Origin: Antedon mediterranea | Taxonomy: Eukaryota; Animalia; Echinodermata | Direction of reading: 5' to 3' | Assembly: GCF_964355755.1 (NCBI RefSeq) | Contig: NC_092675.1 | Span: 9,171,812 to 9,235,811 of the forward strand | DNA length: 64,000 nucleotides | Part shown: one piece after another, positions 51,411 through 63,811 of the stretch | Numbering within the stretch: the first letter of the stretch is position 1 | Layout: the number at the start of each line of letters is the position of its first letter | Made by a program: the position numbers and the translations under genes | The notes under the pieces: model-generated | Database searches by the model: none | Seen by the model: only the letters and a program-made list of their open reading frames with translations | Told to the model about the DNA's origin: nothing

Positions 51411-54400
51411 ATGAAAGCGAGTGTCTTACGGAGAGTCGGCAGTACGTTAGTGTGTGTGCTGGCTGGTGGTGGTGTTTTAAGCGCCGTTGCTGGTTGCACC
51501 GAAAACATAAATACAACATCTAAGATGGGGGTTGATTATGCCACAGAATCAAACGCTGTCTCAGAACAAGTTTGGGAACTTTATAAATCAACTGATTGGA
51601 AAGAAGCCAAAGTAACTGTAAGTAATAAGCTTTATTATTGATTACTTATTAGGTTTGTTTTGATTTTTACATTATTGCCTGTCATGTTAGACCGGCATTA
51701 CAATTGCAATTAGTAGTAGATGATGATAGACTGACAACATTTACAATGATTATGTTATTAATAAGTATCCAAACCAATTAGATACAGTTTGTTATCAATT
51801 CTTTATAATTGTATCTAACTTTAAATGATAATAGGTTTACACATTTTAAATTTTAATGTGATTTGTTGATGTTACTTTTAAAAAAGTTTTCAACAGTAAA
51901 ATTTTAATTGGTTTCTGATTGAAGATAATGTATATAATGTTCAGAAAATAAACCAATAATATAAATAATTATACAAGACAGTTTTGCAATAGTAACAGCT
52001 TAGACCAGGTAGGTGAACAAATTATTTTTTTCACCTCCCTGCTTAGACTTTTGATAATGACTTTTATATTTCTTTCTAATTCTCTTTACAAAAGGAAATA
52101 TCTGATATAACTAAGGTAAGTTAATAATAATAGAATATCCTAACTAAAGTGTAATTGAATTTAATTAAAGCCCCATTCATTACAATTGTTGAAGTTTAAA
52201 AAAATAATGCAATATATTATTTAAAAAACAATAAAACATTCTCTGTCTTAAATGTACATTATAGGGTAAATTATGATAAAAAGAGAGAAACAATTGCACT
52301 ACATAAGTATAGTTTGCATCAAAGGTCCTCTTGTGGACGGTCTTTAGCCCCAGTCTAGCTAGGCTTAGTTTGGGTGCACGAAACCTAATATCAAGTCTAG
52401 ACCTTATAAGACCTAAGATCACGAAATCTAAGACCCAAGATTACCAATCTTTCGCACCTGCCTTGTATTTTAACTCCAAATTTGTTAACCAACTTTATCC
52501 TGAATACCACACCTTAGAACAAGTACTTTTATAACTTAGACAAATCACATAAAAAGTAACAATAAATCCTTTAAATTGATGATTTTACAGACGTTTTTTT
52601 TCATGCATACACTACAAATTTGCATACTCTGTGTTCAATATTTACATAATACATGGCATGCCAAAAGAGCAACATTAATAGAGGGCTAAAAACTATTATG
52701 TGGAATCCATTTGAATACATTTTTTGGTTAAAAGCATGTTCAATGTAAATATATTTTGTCACTTTCAAATAAAGTGTTACTGTTGATACAGTTCATGGTT
52801 TTGTTAACTTTAAGAATAAAATAAACAAATTCATCATATCCACCTTAGGACGGCCTTTATGACTAGGCCAGGGTAGGTAGTGACGCTGATTTTAAGATCA
52901 ATTAATTTTTTTTTAAACAGAAAAGCAGCAGTTACATATTAAATTATTTATATTGACAAATTGACAAAATATAGTAAACATGCAATTCATTAAAAGTAGA
53001 TGTATTCCACCAAGTTTTTAGCCCTCTATTATTATTTTTGCTCATTTGGCGCTCCATAGAAACGAAAATACATAGAGTAATACAAAATTTGCAAAAAGTG
53101 TGCAAACACGTCTGTAAAATCATTAATTTATTTGTTACTTTTTATGTGATTCTCCTTATATGTAGGTGTGGTATTTAGGATACGTTTATAGTTAAGTATT
53201 TATTCAACGGGCAAATGTATTGTGAGTTAATTTCTGTTTGTGATTATAAGTATTTAATTATATTAATTAATATTTTTAAGCTGTCGTATATCTCTAAGCA
53301 TTTGTAATCTTAGGTCTTCGGTTTTAGGTTTTGGGATCTTAGGTTTCGTGGCACCCGGTTTTGTAGGCCTAGCTGGTAAACATACAATTACATCCTACGT
53401 TAGCTATAGGTCTAGCCTGACATTGTCTAGTTGATGAATTAATTATTTCTGTTTTTGTCAGAATCTGTAAAATAAAAATTAGGAAAAACCCAATATTTTC
53501 ACTGAAAAGTTTCTTCCATATGTTTTGGCCTTCATGATTGATCGAATCACAAAAGAAAAATAAAAATATCAATCAACACGCAATGCATGTTGAGATTTAT
53601 AGCGGCCCTATTAAATTATCAGAATCGACTTATTTTTCACATTTTTAACCATTTAAAGACATGTTATCACAATAGGACCATATAGTATTTATTTTTACAA
53701 TAAATGTATTTTGTGTCTGACAGCTTTCTGAACTGATTGATTTGTTTATGGGTTCATATTATTTTGTTTAGGCTTTATTGTTTGATATATCTGGCCACTA
53801 AAAATGATTATGTTTCTTTATGTTGACATATTAATTTTTATATTGTATACCTGCATAGATTTATGCCTGCTCTGTGCTCTGTTGTTGCATTCTGTATTTT
53901 TACTGTACCTGTAGGCTTACCTCTACATGTGCTTTCATTGTGGCAATAATCGTATTAAAAGTGCAATGATTCTTTTAATCCTTTTCTTGTAAATTTGTCT
54001 AAAAGTATTTTTTATTATAACTGTATTGCTTTCATTTGTTATCATCATTAACGCGTAAATAATTCCTGTCAGTTGATTGTACGATTGTAGGTCATACAGT
54101 ATGGTGTGCAATAGTAAACAAACAATGAATGTTTATAACTGATAATACAAATAATTTCAAGATGGGGAAGATGAAATTCCTATTTTTTAAAATTTTAAAA
54201 CTATTAATGCGACAACAAAATTGCGTAAAATCCAACAGTTGCCCCCCCCCCCCCCGTTTTTTTTAATGCAATAACAAAGTAACATTCAAAATCACACGAT
54301 ATCAGCAGAACTACTGTAATATTTTTGGAGAAAGATGTACAATACTATAATTTTGACCAAAAAAGCACTTAAATTTAGCTTTAGATCTTTTGTATTATTT

Positions 54401-57400
54401 TAATTTATTAATGGGAAAAACTAAAATAGATCAGTTCTATTGTCTGGTGATGGGGTTTCGTAATTGATAACATGGAGGCTGCCAGCCAAGCTCGTAGGCC
54501 TAAGGATTATTCGGTTGTTGACATACAGTAATTAACAGTATTTTTATATTTTATCAATTACAATAATCTCAATCCCGTTTTGATTTTCTCTCACTCCACT
54601 TTAGTAATAGAAGATTATTCTATGATATGGTATTCTTTTTGAATGTATTTATTCTATTTTTCATACCTCATTATGTTCCCTTTTCCCTATTAAAATCCAT
54701 AGACCTTGCTCATGCTTTAAGGACCTTTTAGTTGTTCCCTGTAATAGAGTTAACTATACTAAGGATGGTTTCGTCCATCAATTTCCCCTCTCATATAGTG
54801 ATTTAGTTAATAATAATCCTTCTATTGATATTTTCTATTTAAGCCTTTAAAACCTGTTTAAAACATTCACTCAATTTTCAACCATCAGTTGTCATTTTGC
54901 TAGTTTGCCCTTTCCATCTAAATACCGAGCGTTCGTTTACCCTTAATTTTAACCGGTTTTAAACGTAACCAATTGTTGCTTTTTTGCCTGTGGTTTTACG
55001 TCTTCTTGTTGTTCTTGTTGTTTCTGTGTTAAAAAAACATTTATATTGTATTTCTTATTAAGACATCCTTTTATTGGTCTTTGGCTGTTGGATGTGAATG
55101 TGAATTAAAATAAAATTAAAATAAGTCCACCTAAACTATGAATGTTGGTACGATGAACACCATCACATACCTAAACGAGGTGACATTTATCCCAAGTACA
55201 GTACTCAAAGATATTCAAAAAATTGCAACGCCCCCTGGGCGTTTTTTAGTACCCATACAGTATATAATCATTGTTTTGCAATGTACAGTAGGCAAAATAT
55301 GTTACAAAAAACCAAATGTTACTGTTTGATTCAATGTGAATCAAATTTAATTTGATCTGAATCAATTAATAGGAATCTATTTAGATGTTATGTAAATAAT
55401 GAATGTTATAATAATTCGTGGAATGGAACAAATAATTTCATTGTATATCTTTCACCTCATACAATTATTTGTACTGTACCATTCCACTCATAAACATTCA
55501 TTAGTTAGATTTTTGCATTAATTACTGAAGGATATCAACTTGAATTCTATTGAAATTATTTGAGAAGACAGGCCACAAATAACGTCAGTTGGTGATTTAA
55601 AGCTGCCTTATATTTATCTTTTATAATCAGAAGTGTCCTCCTATTAGCAACCAGTCCTACCTAATTTGCATATATAACCAGTATTATTAAACTGATGAAT
55701 CATTTTAGAAATTTATATTTGTGTATATATAGAGTGAATTCTTTGAATAGTAACACTTGCTGTATGCCTGTACTGTACATTCATAACATGTATCTGAATT
55801 ATGGTTGCAAAGACTCTTTAACAAAATCAATACAAATCAGTGAAGGATGTAGTTGGGCTGTTCCGTAATTGATCACTTTGTGTGCATTCATGTTTCACAA
55901 AAATCTGGAATCACTGAGGCATGCTTTCTTTACCAGTTTCCTTTAATAAACAAGACCGTACAAAGTCCACAATCAAGTTGATGATTAGTAGGATTAATAT
56001 AGTTATTGCACCACCACTATCAGGGGCGGTCGCAGAACTATTTTAAGGGGGTTGCCCAAGAGTCCTCAGAGGGCCGTAGATACTGAGTATTTGCGGGGGG
56101 CCTGTGGCAAGGGAATTTTTGTTAAATGACACCCCTAGATGGCCGGAAATGGTACGCTCGTACGTAAAATTTATGATAATTAGAAATGATACTCTATATC
56201 TGGCTACACAGTTAGCAAACAGACGTATCACGCCTGTTTTTTCCGCCGGTAAAACACAAGCGAAAAACAATAGGATAACATTTTTTGGTAGGTACTTCCG
56301 GTAATTTAATAAGTTCAGGGGCGGATCCAGGGTTTAGTGAAAGGGGGTAGGGGCGCAACTGTAGAGAGTCCAGACGATTTTGAAAATATAAAACTCTCTA
56401 GATGGTCGGAAATGGCACTCTCACGTTATTATAATGTATTAAAAATTGATATTATATATATTATATATATATAAGTGCTGTTCCGCCGTACCACGCCGAG
56501 AATGTTAAAGAGTCGCTATCCAATCGAGTTTGAACAATACCATGAAAGCCCCAGTGGTCTAATGGTTAGGACATCTGCATATCAAGCAGGCGGTCCGAGT
56601 TCGAGTCTCGGTTGGGGCGACTTTTTCTCATTCTCACAGATTTCCTCATCTTTATCGTTTCAAATTAATTAATTAAATTTCAGTATATCACCGGGCGGTT
56701 TAGAATTAATGTTCTGTGCCTGATTTGTTTATATATATATTATTAAATATATATTATTATATATATTAAATATGAAAACTGAGGTACTAGTCTATTAAAG
56801 GGTGACATTTTCACCATAGGCCTATTTAAATTCTAGAAATTAAAATCAATGAATACAAATTAATTATTATCAATTAATAATTAAAACAATTTAGAAAAAA
56901 AATGTGAAGCTGCTGCTATAAATATATTGAGCAAAACGTTAAATTGTATTATTTTGAAATTAATGCTAAATAGTCAGTAAAACCACAATTTCCAAAATTA
57001 ATTTTCATTTATCCACTATAAACTGTACAACCACCATCGAAATTTGTAGACAGAAGCAATTAAACACTGTTTTTTCAAAGTTCGGAACATCCGTAATTAT
57101 TACGGAAATTCGCCCAAATATTACGGACGTAGGGAAATGAAGATAATAGTCTTTTCCAACCCTGGACTTCTATAACGTTAATAGTTAATTTATAATATGA
57201 TGAAATGGGATCTAAATTTTAATTTAGTGGCAGAAAAAAACATTTAGTATGAAATTAAGCGTGTTGCCCGGGCAACTGGGGCAACACCCCTGCGTCCGCC
57301 CCTCACTATCCACTAAATATTCATTATACCTGTTAGTATCAGATTGTTATGCATTTGTCAATTGTATGACCCACTATACTGACCCAGGGTGCATCATTTA

Positions 57401-58157
57401 CAAATAATTACTGACGCAGGGGCTCGTAAAAAAACCTAGATGGTACATCACATCAATGAACAATGGTGTGTCAATGTCCGTTTACCACCCACCATATCAT
57501 AAACAACATAGTCACAGTGCGTCACCTAAAGGTAAGTAACATTTTTGACGCATTCATGGTATTCATAAGATATGACACACATTTCCCAGGGATCCTATAG
57601 TGGGTCATACAATTGACAAGTGCATTATGATTATTTAAGAAAGTAATACTTATTACTCAATAAAAGAGGGCATCAATGTTCTATTTATTACTTTGATTTT
57701 GAGAAGATGATTCATTGGAATTGATGATCTCCTGTAGCATATTTAAAATATTGTTATGTTTTTTGAGAAACAGGTTGTTTAATGATTTTTACATAGAAAT
57801 ACCTTAAACATTGATATTTAAAATTTGCTTAGCCGTTTCTTTTAAGATATACTGTACATATATACCAGCATATCTAGTACAGTTTTTACTTTTTCATATA
57901 TTTGCATAAACCACCTTTTTAGCTGTACTTAGAAATCACCTGTTTTCTTCTTAGAATAGCTAGTACTATTGCATACTAGCTAGAAGCCCGCCTTGTCTCT
58001 TTTCTTAGAAAAAAAAAATCTAACATTTTTTTTTATTTACTTGGTTTACAGTGCATTTTTGTATATTTATGAACAAATTGAATAGTTATACTGGTTTCTT
58101 TTCATAGAAAGAAGTGAAAGTTTCTTACAAGAAATCTACAGAGTTTGATGGTCATGC
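51411..58157 (+). CDS. STARD5: START-domain lipid/sterol transfer protein of the STARD4/5/6 subfamily; 5' exons only, gene presumably continues beyond the window
   Basis: Exon 51411 (or 51525)-51617 encodes MGVDYATESNAVSEQVWELYKSTDWKEAKVT, donor gtaagt. The 50-nt exon 58108-58157 (ttcatag|...|gtaagt) encodes KEVKVSYKKSTEFDGH in phase. This resembles the STARD5 N-terminus (W.....V.VS...S.EF.G). No further exon recognised before 64000; exact paralogue uncertain. Confidence 0.72.
52095..52115 (+). CDS. Candidate 21-nt in-frame microexon (EISDITK) of the START gene
   Basis: Long pyrimidine tract with branch-like ttctaat, then aaag|GAAATATCTGATATAACTAAG|gtaagt. Phase 0-0, matching the surrounding intron. 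Confidence 0.55.
52169..53715 (-). mobile_element. TTAA-flanked non-autonomous element (inverted copy of 59033-59651), split by an insertion
   Basis: TTAA|AGCCCCATTC terminus. Both halves align with the reverse complement of 59033-59651. Confidence 0.8.
52371..53357. mobile_element. TIR element, (Y)GGGTGC(C)ACGAAACCTAA termini with 7-bp subterminal repeats and a 3-bp TSD GTT
   Basis: tgggtgcacgaaacctaa ... ttaggtttcgtggcacccg. Removing it plus one GTT restores gcttagttttgtagg, as in the uninterrupted copy at about 59440-59455 (reverse complement). A related right end lies at 361-411. Confidence 0.8.
56021..57304 (+). mobile_element. CAGGGGCGG-terminated non-autonomous DNA element, copy 2
   Basis: caggggcggtcgcag ... 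ctgcgtccgcccctc with candidate 5-bp TSD ACTAT (56016-56020, 57305-57309). Contains a second caggggcggatccag end at 56316 and the (TA)n-flanked tRNA-like cassette. Confidence 0.75.
56548..56619 (+). tRNA. tRNA-like gene with a complete cloverleaf and anticodon ATC (Asp-like, atypical; probably repeat-borne)
   Basis: Acceptor GCCCCAG/TTGGGGC, D stem GTCT/GGAC, anticodon stem TCTGC/GCAGG with loop ATATCAA, 4-nt variable loop, T stem CCGAG-TTCGAGT-CTCGG, discriminator G. A and B boxes intact; TTTTT terminator at 56622. Confidence 0.65.
57347..57627. mobile_element. MITE with about 32-bp TIRs
   Basis: ttatgcatttgtcaattgtatgacccactata ... tatagtgggtcatacaattgacaagtgcatta. Confidence 0.8.
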
Positions 58158-58278
58158 GTAAGTATCAATGTATAATATATATATTCATTAAATGATTATT
58201 TATTAGCATCAGGTCAGAAAATAAACCTCTCTAGGTCTAAAGCACTTGACAGGTAAATTTTAAATGTATGTAATACTA

Positions 58279-58947
58279 CCGTACTGACGCGGGTATAAGC
58301 CCACCCCCCTTGAACATGAAATCACATCAAGTTTGGGGGGTGGGCTTATACCCGAGGATCCAAAAATGCAGATCGTCAAAAACAGCACATGATGTACACT
58401 GTGTATTCCACCATGCGAGCGAGCGCCCTCACGTGTACGACGTTGCCTCTCTAATACACGAGGTGTAGAGTGTCGGAAAATTAAGCTTATAGTTCGTGTA
58501 ATTTATCGTAGAATATCTTATTTTAAACATCAATTGAACAAGAATTTATCAAGCAGAAAAGCAAGTATACAATGTTCGTTAAATAGAAATGTACCAAAGA
58601 AATTTAATAAGCTTGTTTATGGCAGCCGATACCAAATAGTGGTTTTCCGTTTTGGCGACTTGTAGCGTCGTGTGTGAAGCGATCTTCGACCGCGATGGAG
58701 TGTAAACAAAACAGGACCGCTAGGCCTCATATGGCTTGGTTATGATCAAAGGTAGGTGTGTTCGGTGTATGGACGTCGCCAAATACAAAATAATGGGATC
58801 GATCCAAATAATGTATTACGACACACACTGTAGATCTTCGAATTAATGGGTGGGCTTATACCCGAGTGCCTAATTTTTCATGAAAATTAGTCAAAAGTCG
58901 GGGGTGGGCTTATACCCGAGTATGGGCTTATACCCGCGTCAGTACGG
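58279..58947. mobile_element. Tc1/mariner (pogo/Tigger-like) MITE with TA TSD
   Basis: TA|CCGTACTGACGCGGGTATAAGCCCA ... TGGGCTTATACCCGCGTCAGTACGG|TA, a perfect 25-bp TIR, with internal repeats of gggtgggcttatacccgag. Confidence 0.92.
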
Positions 58948-59032
58948 TATATGTATTGTGTGAATTGTAACAACCGTAGGTGGGCGTTCATCATTATTAT
59001 ACAGTGATTGATCATAATTATTTAAATCTTAA

Positions 59033-59651
59033 AGCCCCATTCCCTACGTTTTTTAGATCTAATTTAAGATCACAAACTATATTTAATGTAAAAATAATAC
59101 TATATGGTCCTATTGCAATAACTTTTTTAAACGGTTACAAATGTGAAAAATAAGTCGATTCTAATAATTATAGCGGCCCGCTATAAATCCCAAAATGCAT
59201 TGCGCGCGGATTGATATTTTTGTTTTTCACCTGTAATTCGCCCACTTTTCGATCGATCGTGAGGCCAAAACAAATGGAAGACTCCTAACTTTTCAGCGAA
59301 AATACCGGGTTTTCCCTAATTTGTATCAACGGAGTCTGGCAAAAATAGAAAGACAATTAATGCAGCAACTATACAACGTCAGGCTAGGTATATAGCTCGC
59401 GTACGATGTTCGTACGTTACCGATGTTTACCAGCTAGGCCTACAAAACTAAGCCTAGCTAGGCTAGGCCTAAGACCGTCCACGAGAGGTCGATCGCCGCG
59501 AGCTACTTAGGTAGTGCATTGTTTCTCACTTTTTATCATAATTTACCATAAAACGTACATTTAAGACAAGGAATGACATGGTTTAATGTTTTTAAAGTGA
59601 TATATATGTATTATTTTCCAAAAAACGTCCAAAATTGCAGGGAAGGGGTCT
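59033..59651 (+). mobile_element. TTAA-flanked non-autonomous element (Kolobok- or Crypton-like termini)
   Basis: TTAA|AGCCCCATTCCCT ... AGGGAAGGGGTCT|TTAA. A second copy lies at 52169-53715. Confidence 0.8.
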
Positions 59652-62109
59652 TTAAACTTAGTTTTTTTTAATATTGAAAACACAGCTAAACAACTTCTCT
59701 AAACCATGTATTTATCTATAATTAATCAATGTTCCTAAATACATGAATGGACATTTTCTTAAATTGTCAGATAAACACATTTATTCCACTAGAGGCAGTC
59801 TGCATAATTTCCATGTCGGTATTTAAAAATAAAGGGTAGAATGATTTCCATGTTTTATTATGTTGCCAAGACTGCATGAAATAACTTGCTGTACTACCAG
59901 ATTATGTAATCACAGGGGAAATTTTTAAAAAGACTGAAAATATTGTTAATTAATGATTGTTTGTTTTCAGTTTTTGTTGCTAAATTGATCTTTAACATAA
60001 ATTCAAATTTTTTGGCTATAAAAGATGGGTTTTGATAATTAATAAACAATTATCTAATCTCCTTGTTAGATATTGTAATTTTCCGAGTCTCGTTTGGTCT
60101 TGTTTGTTTTCGTTTGGTGTTTAGTAGGACCGGCACAGTCTTCAAACTTTGGAGGGTGGGTGTTAAGCAGCTCGCTATAAGAAAGAACAAGTTTTTGTTT
60201 GTTAGGTTGAGCTGAAACTTGGGTAAAGTAATCCTGAGGATATAGGGCGAGTATGAATCTGAAAAAGGATGTTTTTAAATGCACACAAAATTGTTTAGAT
60301 AATGTAGAAAATTACATTTACATGATATAATTGAAGTTCATTATTATATTCTGGTTTTCTAAGACAGGTTAAATTAATTATTTAATATGGATATTTGACA
60401 GAGGTTTACTTGGAAGAAAGTACTATTGCTTAACTTCTAACTGTGATGTCACCAAGTTCAATATGTAAAAGGGATTACCAAAAGGACAACATTTTGTGAC
60501 CTTTGTTTATGAGCACTACATTTATATTGAAAGCAAATTCATTGATGTGGGCTATTATATTTGTCGTTTGTTGTAGTCAGAAAAATATAATCACAGTAGT
60601 ATTCATTTGAAGTGTTGAAAGCCCTTAAGATTAAGCAAACAACATAATATATGAGAATTTATCTAAATTGTCAAGACAAGTTTTAACCAGATTAGTTTGG
60701 ACGAGAAAGTCAAAAAGGTTATTACCTAGAGACCTGTTTCTGCTCCATAATGCAGAAAAACCATTTATTTGTTATTAACAAAAATATGAAATTTACAACC
60801 ACAGTTAGTTAGAAAGGCCAGATTTAAAATAAGAAATATTTCTTAGCTTACTAAAAAAATGCTGCTCGACTTGTTGACGTAACAGTTTAATATAATGATT
60901 GTTCTTTCTTCAGAAATAATGATTTTTATCAATTATTTTTGTTTAACAATCAGTAGTAAACATTTTGTGAATATATTCTGTCCTACTCTACAGAACAACA
61001 ATATAATCATAAACTAAGCTATAGTGCTGTACATATTCCAGGGTAGCGTCGTTATTTCCTTACTGTAGGTCGCAGTGACCCGGTCAACATACTATGGAAT
61101 GGATAATGATGCAAAATTAAAAGTTAATATTTTTCAAACAAATTATACATTGCCTGTTAGGATTTTGTAAATATTATTATAATAAAAAAATAATTATGAA
61201 AATCCAACTTGTATTGTTTATCAAAATATAGAGTAAAGCATTGCCGAAAATTCATTTTAGCCATGAAAGAAGTAAACAAATTACGCCTTCAGTTGGAAAT
61301 TGTAATTAATTATTAATTGAACTAATACAAGAAATTTGCTAAATCTGAATCTCAATGTTGCATACAACAAGTGGATTGTTCAATCTATTTCTTCAAAAAT
61401 TGAAATACAGTATATAAGAATTTCAGAAATTTCTTTTCAAGCAAGAGACAAAAATATGGTATATAATACTACCACCAGTGAAGAGGAGCCTGTTGAAACT
61501 TGTTCAGAAGTAATTCCATTCAGATTTTTATCTCTATGATGTCTCAATTGTTATTAAGATCTTATTTAAAGGTTGCATACTCATGCTGTGCAGCAGGCAT
61601 GGCCTTTAATGTAATCGAATCATTAATGATATTTTCAAATATCTCTTCAAATCAAACTGTATCTATAGGGCTATACATATTAATTCCTTGCTATGGTGAT
61701 TGTTTACACAGCTATTCTTGTTGGACTTCCTGTCTACTAGGATATTGCTAGTGTGTGTGAGCACTGTAGCAAGTAAAGTCATAGGCTACTGTAATGTAGT
61801 AAACCTGTAGTGGTTTCTTTTTTAGTTGTGATATCCGCATACGATCCGCATTAGTGGTTAACTCCTTGTGGTTGTATGGAATCATCTTTTTTTAAAGGCT
61901 ATCGTTCTCTGCTATACATACACATATGTATTAGTAGTTTAATAAACTGATTGATTTAATACACATTGCATCAGACAATTATTGGTTATCCGCACTTGGC
62001 AGATAAGTTGCAGTTATGAATTCATGAACAATTTTTACCTGAAAAATTAGGATTTTTGTCTAATAGCTCATGTGCGCTTTAAAGAACCTAGTAATCTTTC
62101 GAGACGAGT

Positions 62110-63040
62110 AGGGGGTTACCCCAGCCGTTTTTGTTTTTACTATATACTTCCGACTATGAAACGTTAGGCAGTACAACCTCTATGATAAAATACGCGGATG
62201 ATACTGTAATCTCCGGTTATCTTCGTGGAGCAGATGCGTCACCGTACATAAATGAAGTTGACAAATTTGTGGACTGGTGTGATACAAACTACCTACAACT
62301 AAATAAAAACAAACTAAAGAAATAGTATTTGATACAAGACATAAAATGTTGGACATGATAAGTTAATTATTAAAGGTGTAGAAATAGATCAAGTAGAAGA
62401 ACAAAAATACTTAGGAACCACTATTGACAAAGGTCTCAAATTTAATACTCAAATAAATACAGTGTTTAAGAAAACTAAAACTATATAAAATTGATAATAC
62501 TATATTAACGATGTTGTATAGGGCTATAGTGTTTTAACTATTAGTTTAATATCGTTGTTTTTTGGTCTTACAAATTAGGATGAGTTAGGAAGCGTGCAGG
62601 CAAAATTATTGGCTCTGACCTACCAACTATTCAACAAACATATGAAAAAAGAGTATTACATAAAGTTAACATGATTATGAATGACCACACACACCCACTA
62701 AATAAGTACTATGTTTTAAACAGATTGGGTATCAGGCTATGTCCATCATGATCGTCTTCGAAAGTCATTTGTTCCAAATTCTTGCCATTTATAACGCAAC
62801 TATTAAAAGATAGATTGAATATGTAATTTGTTTTAACTGTATATAATACTGCTATATATATATATATTGTTACGATATAGTATTTTTATATTTTTGTCAA
62901 TGTTTGATGTTTATTCGTATTTTTATAAGATCTTTTTTTGTATTCATGACTTTTTATATATTTTTAATTAATTGTTTGAGAGCTTGTTAACGAAACGAAT
63001 TTCTATTTGGACCAATACATTTCTGTATTCTGTATTCTGT
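62110..63040 (+). mobile_element. Degenerate 5'-truncated non-LTR retrotransposon
   Basis: FLLYTSD, KYADDT, WCDTNYLQLN, KYLGT motifs with frameshifts; (TATTCTG)n tail at 63020-63040. Confidence 0.88.
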
Positions 63041-63811
63041 AGTATGCACACAGCTAATGTCACACTCATCAAGAGGGCCCCTTAATTGTCAGAATACGCG
63101 GTTTAAGGTCAAATAATAATAAATAATAATAATAATTAGTGTATCTTGCTAATATCCATACCCCATTTTCACCAAGACTTTAATATTTTCTTGCTCAATC
63201 AACTATCTTCTGCCAGAGTTACAAATATTTTAATTTTATGTCATAATGTTAAAAATTTGAATAACCTTGGTCACTTAATTTCATCATTACAGTAATCGAA
63301 TTGAGTCATGATTAAAGGTGTTATGGAAGCTGTTGAATTGTAGATATGGATTCATGTAAAAATTGAACCTATATAGAAAGTTGTGACATCATCATATGGC
63401 CAATTAAAATTTAAAAAAGTTGGAATATCATCTAGTGTTGGATCTTAGGTCATCACAATAGCCTAGGAGTTCAGGCATATAATTAGTTACAGACCATACC
63501 CGTCAACCATTCTAATGGCAAAAATAAAATAAAATGTGAAACTGCGTATTGGTAAAAGTATAGAATGTTTAGTGAAGAAAGCATTTTCCTGTCACCGATG
63601 TTTCGCACTGCAATTTGTTGACAACGCTCGAATGGAATGTTATTTCTGAACTTAATACATAGTTACATCCGATTAGTTACTAATTAATATGCGATTATTA
63701 CTGTAATTGGTTATCAATCAACTGTGGTCAAAATGCATTAGTATAATTACATGGACAATTGCGTCAATAAATAGAATTAGGAAATTTTAAATTCCAGTAT
63801 AAAATAGTAGA

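Noticed and set aside
51470-51500. Lipobox-like LSAVAGC in the START N-terminal extension
   Set aside because: Lipoprotein processing is prokaryotic and the gene is spliceosomal; coincidence.
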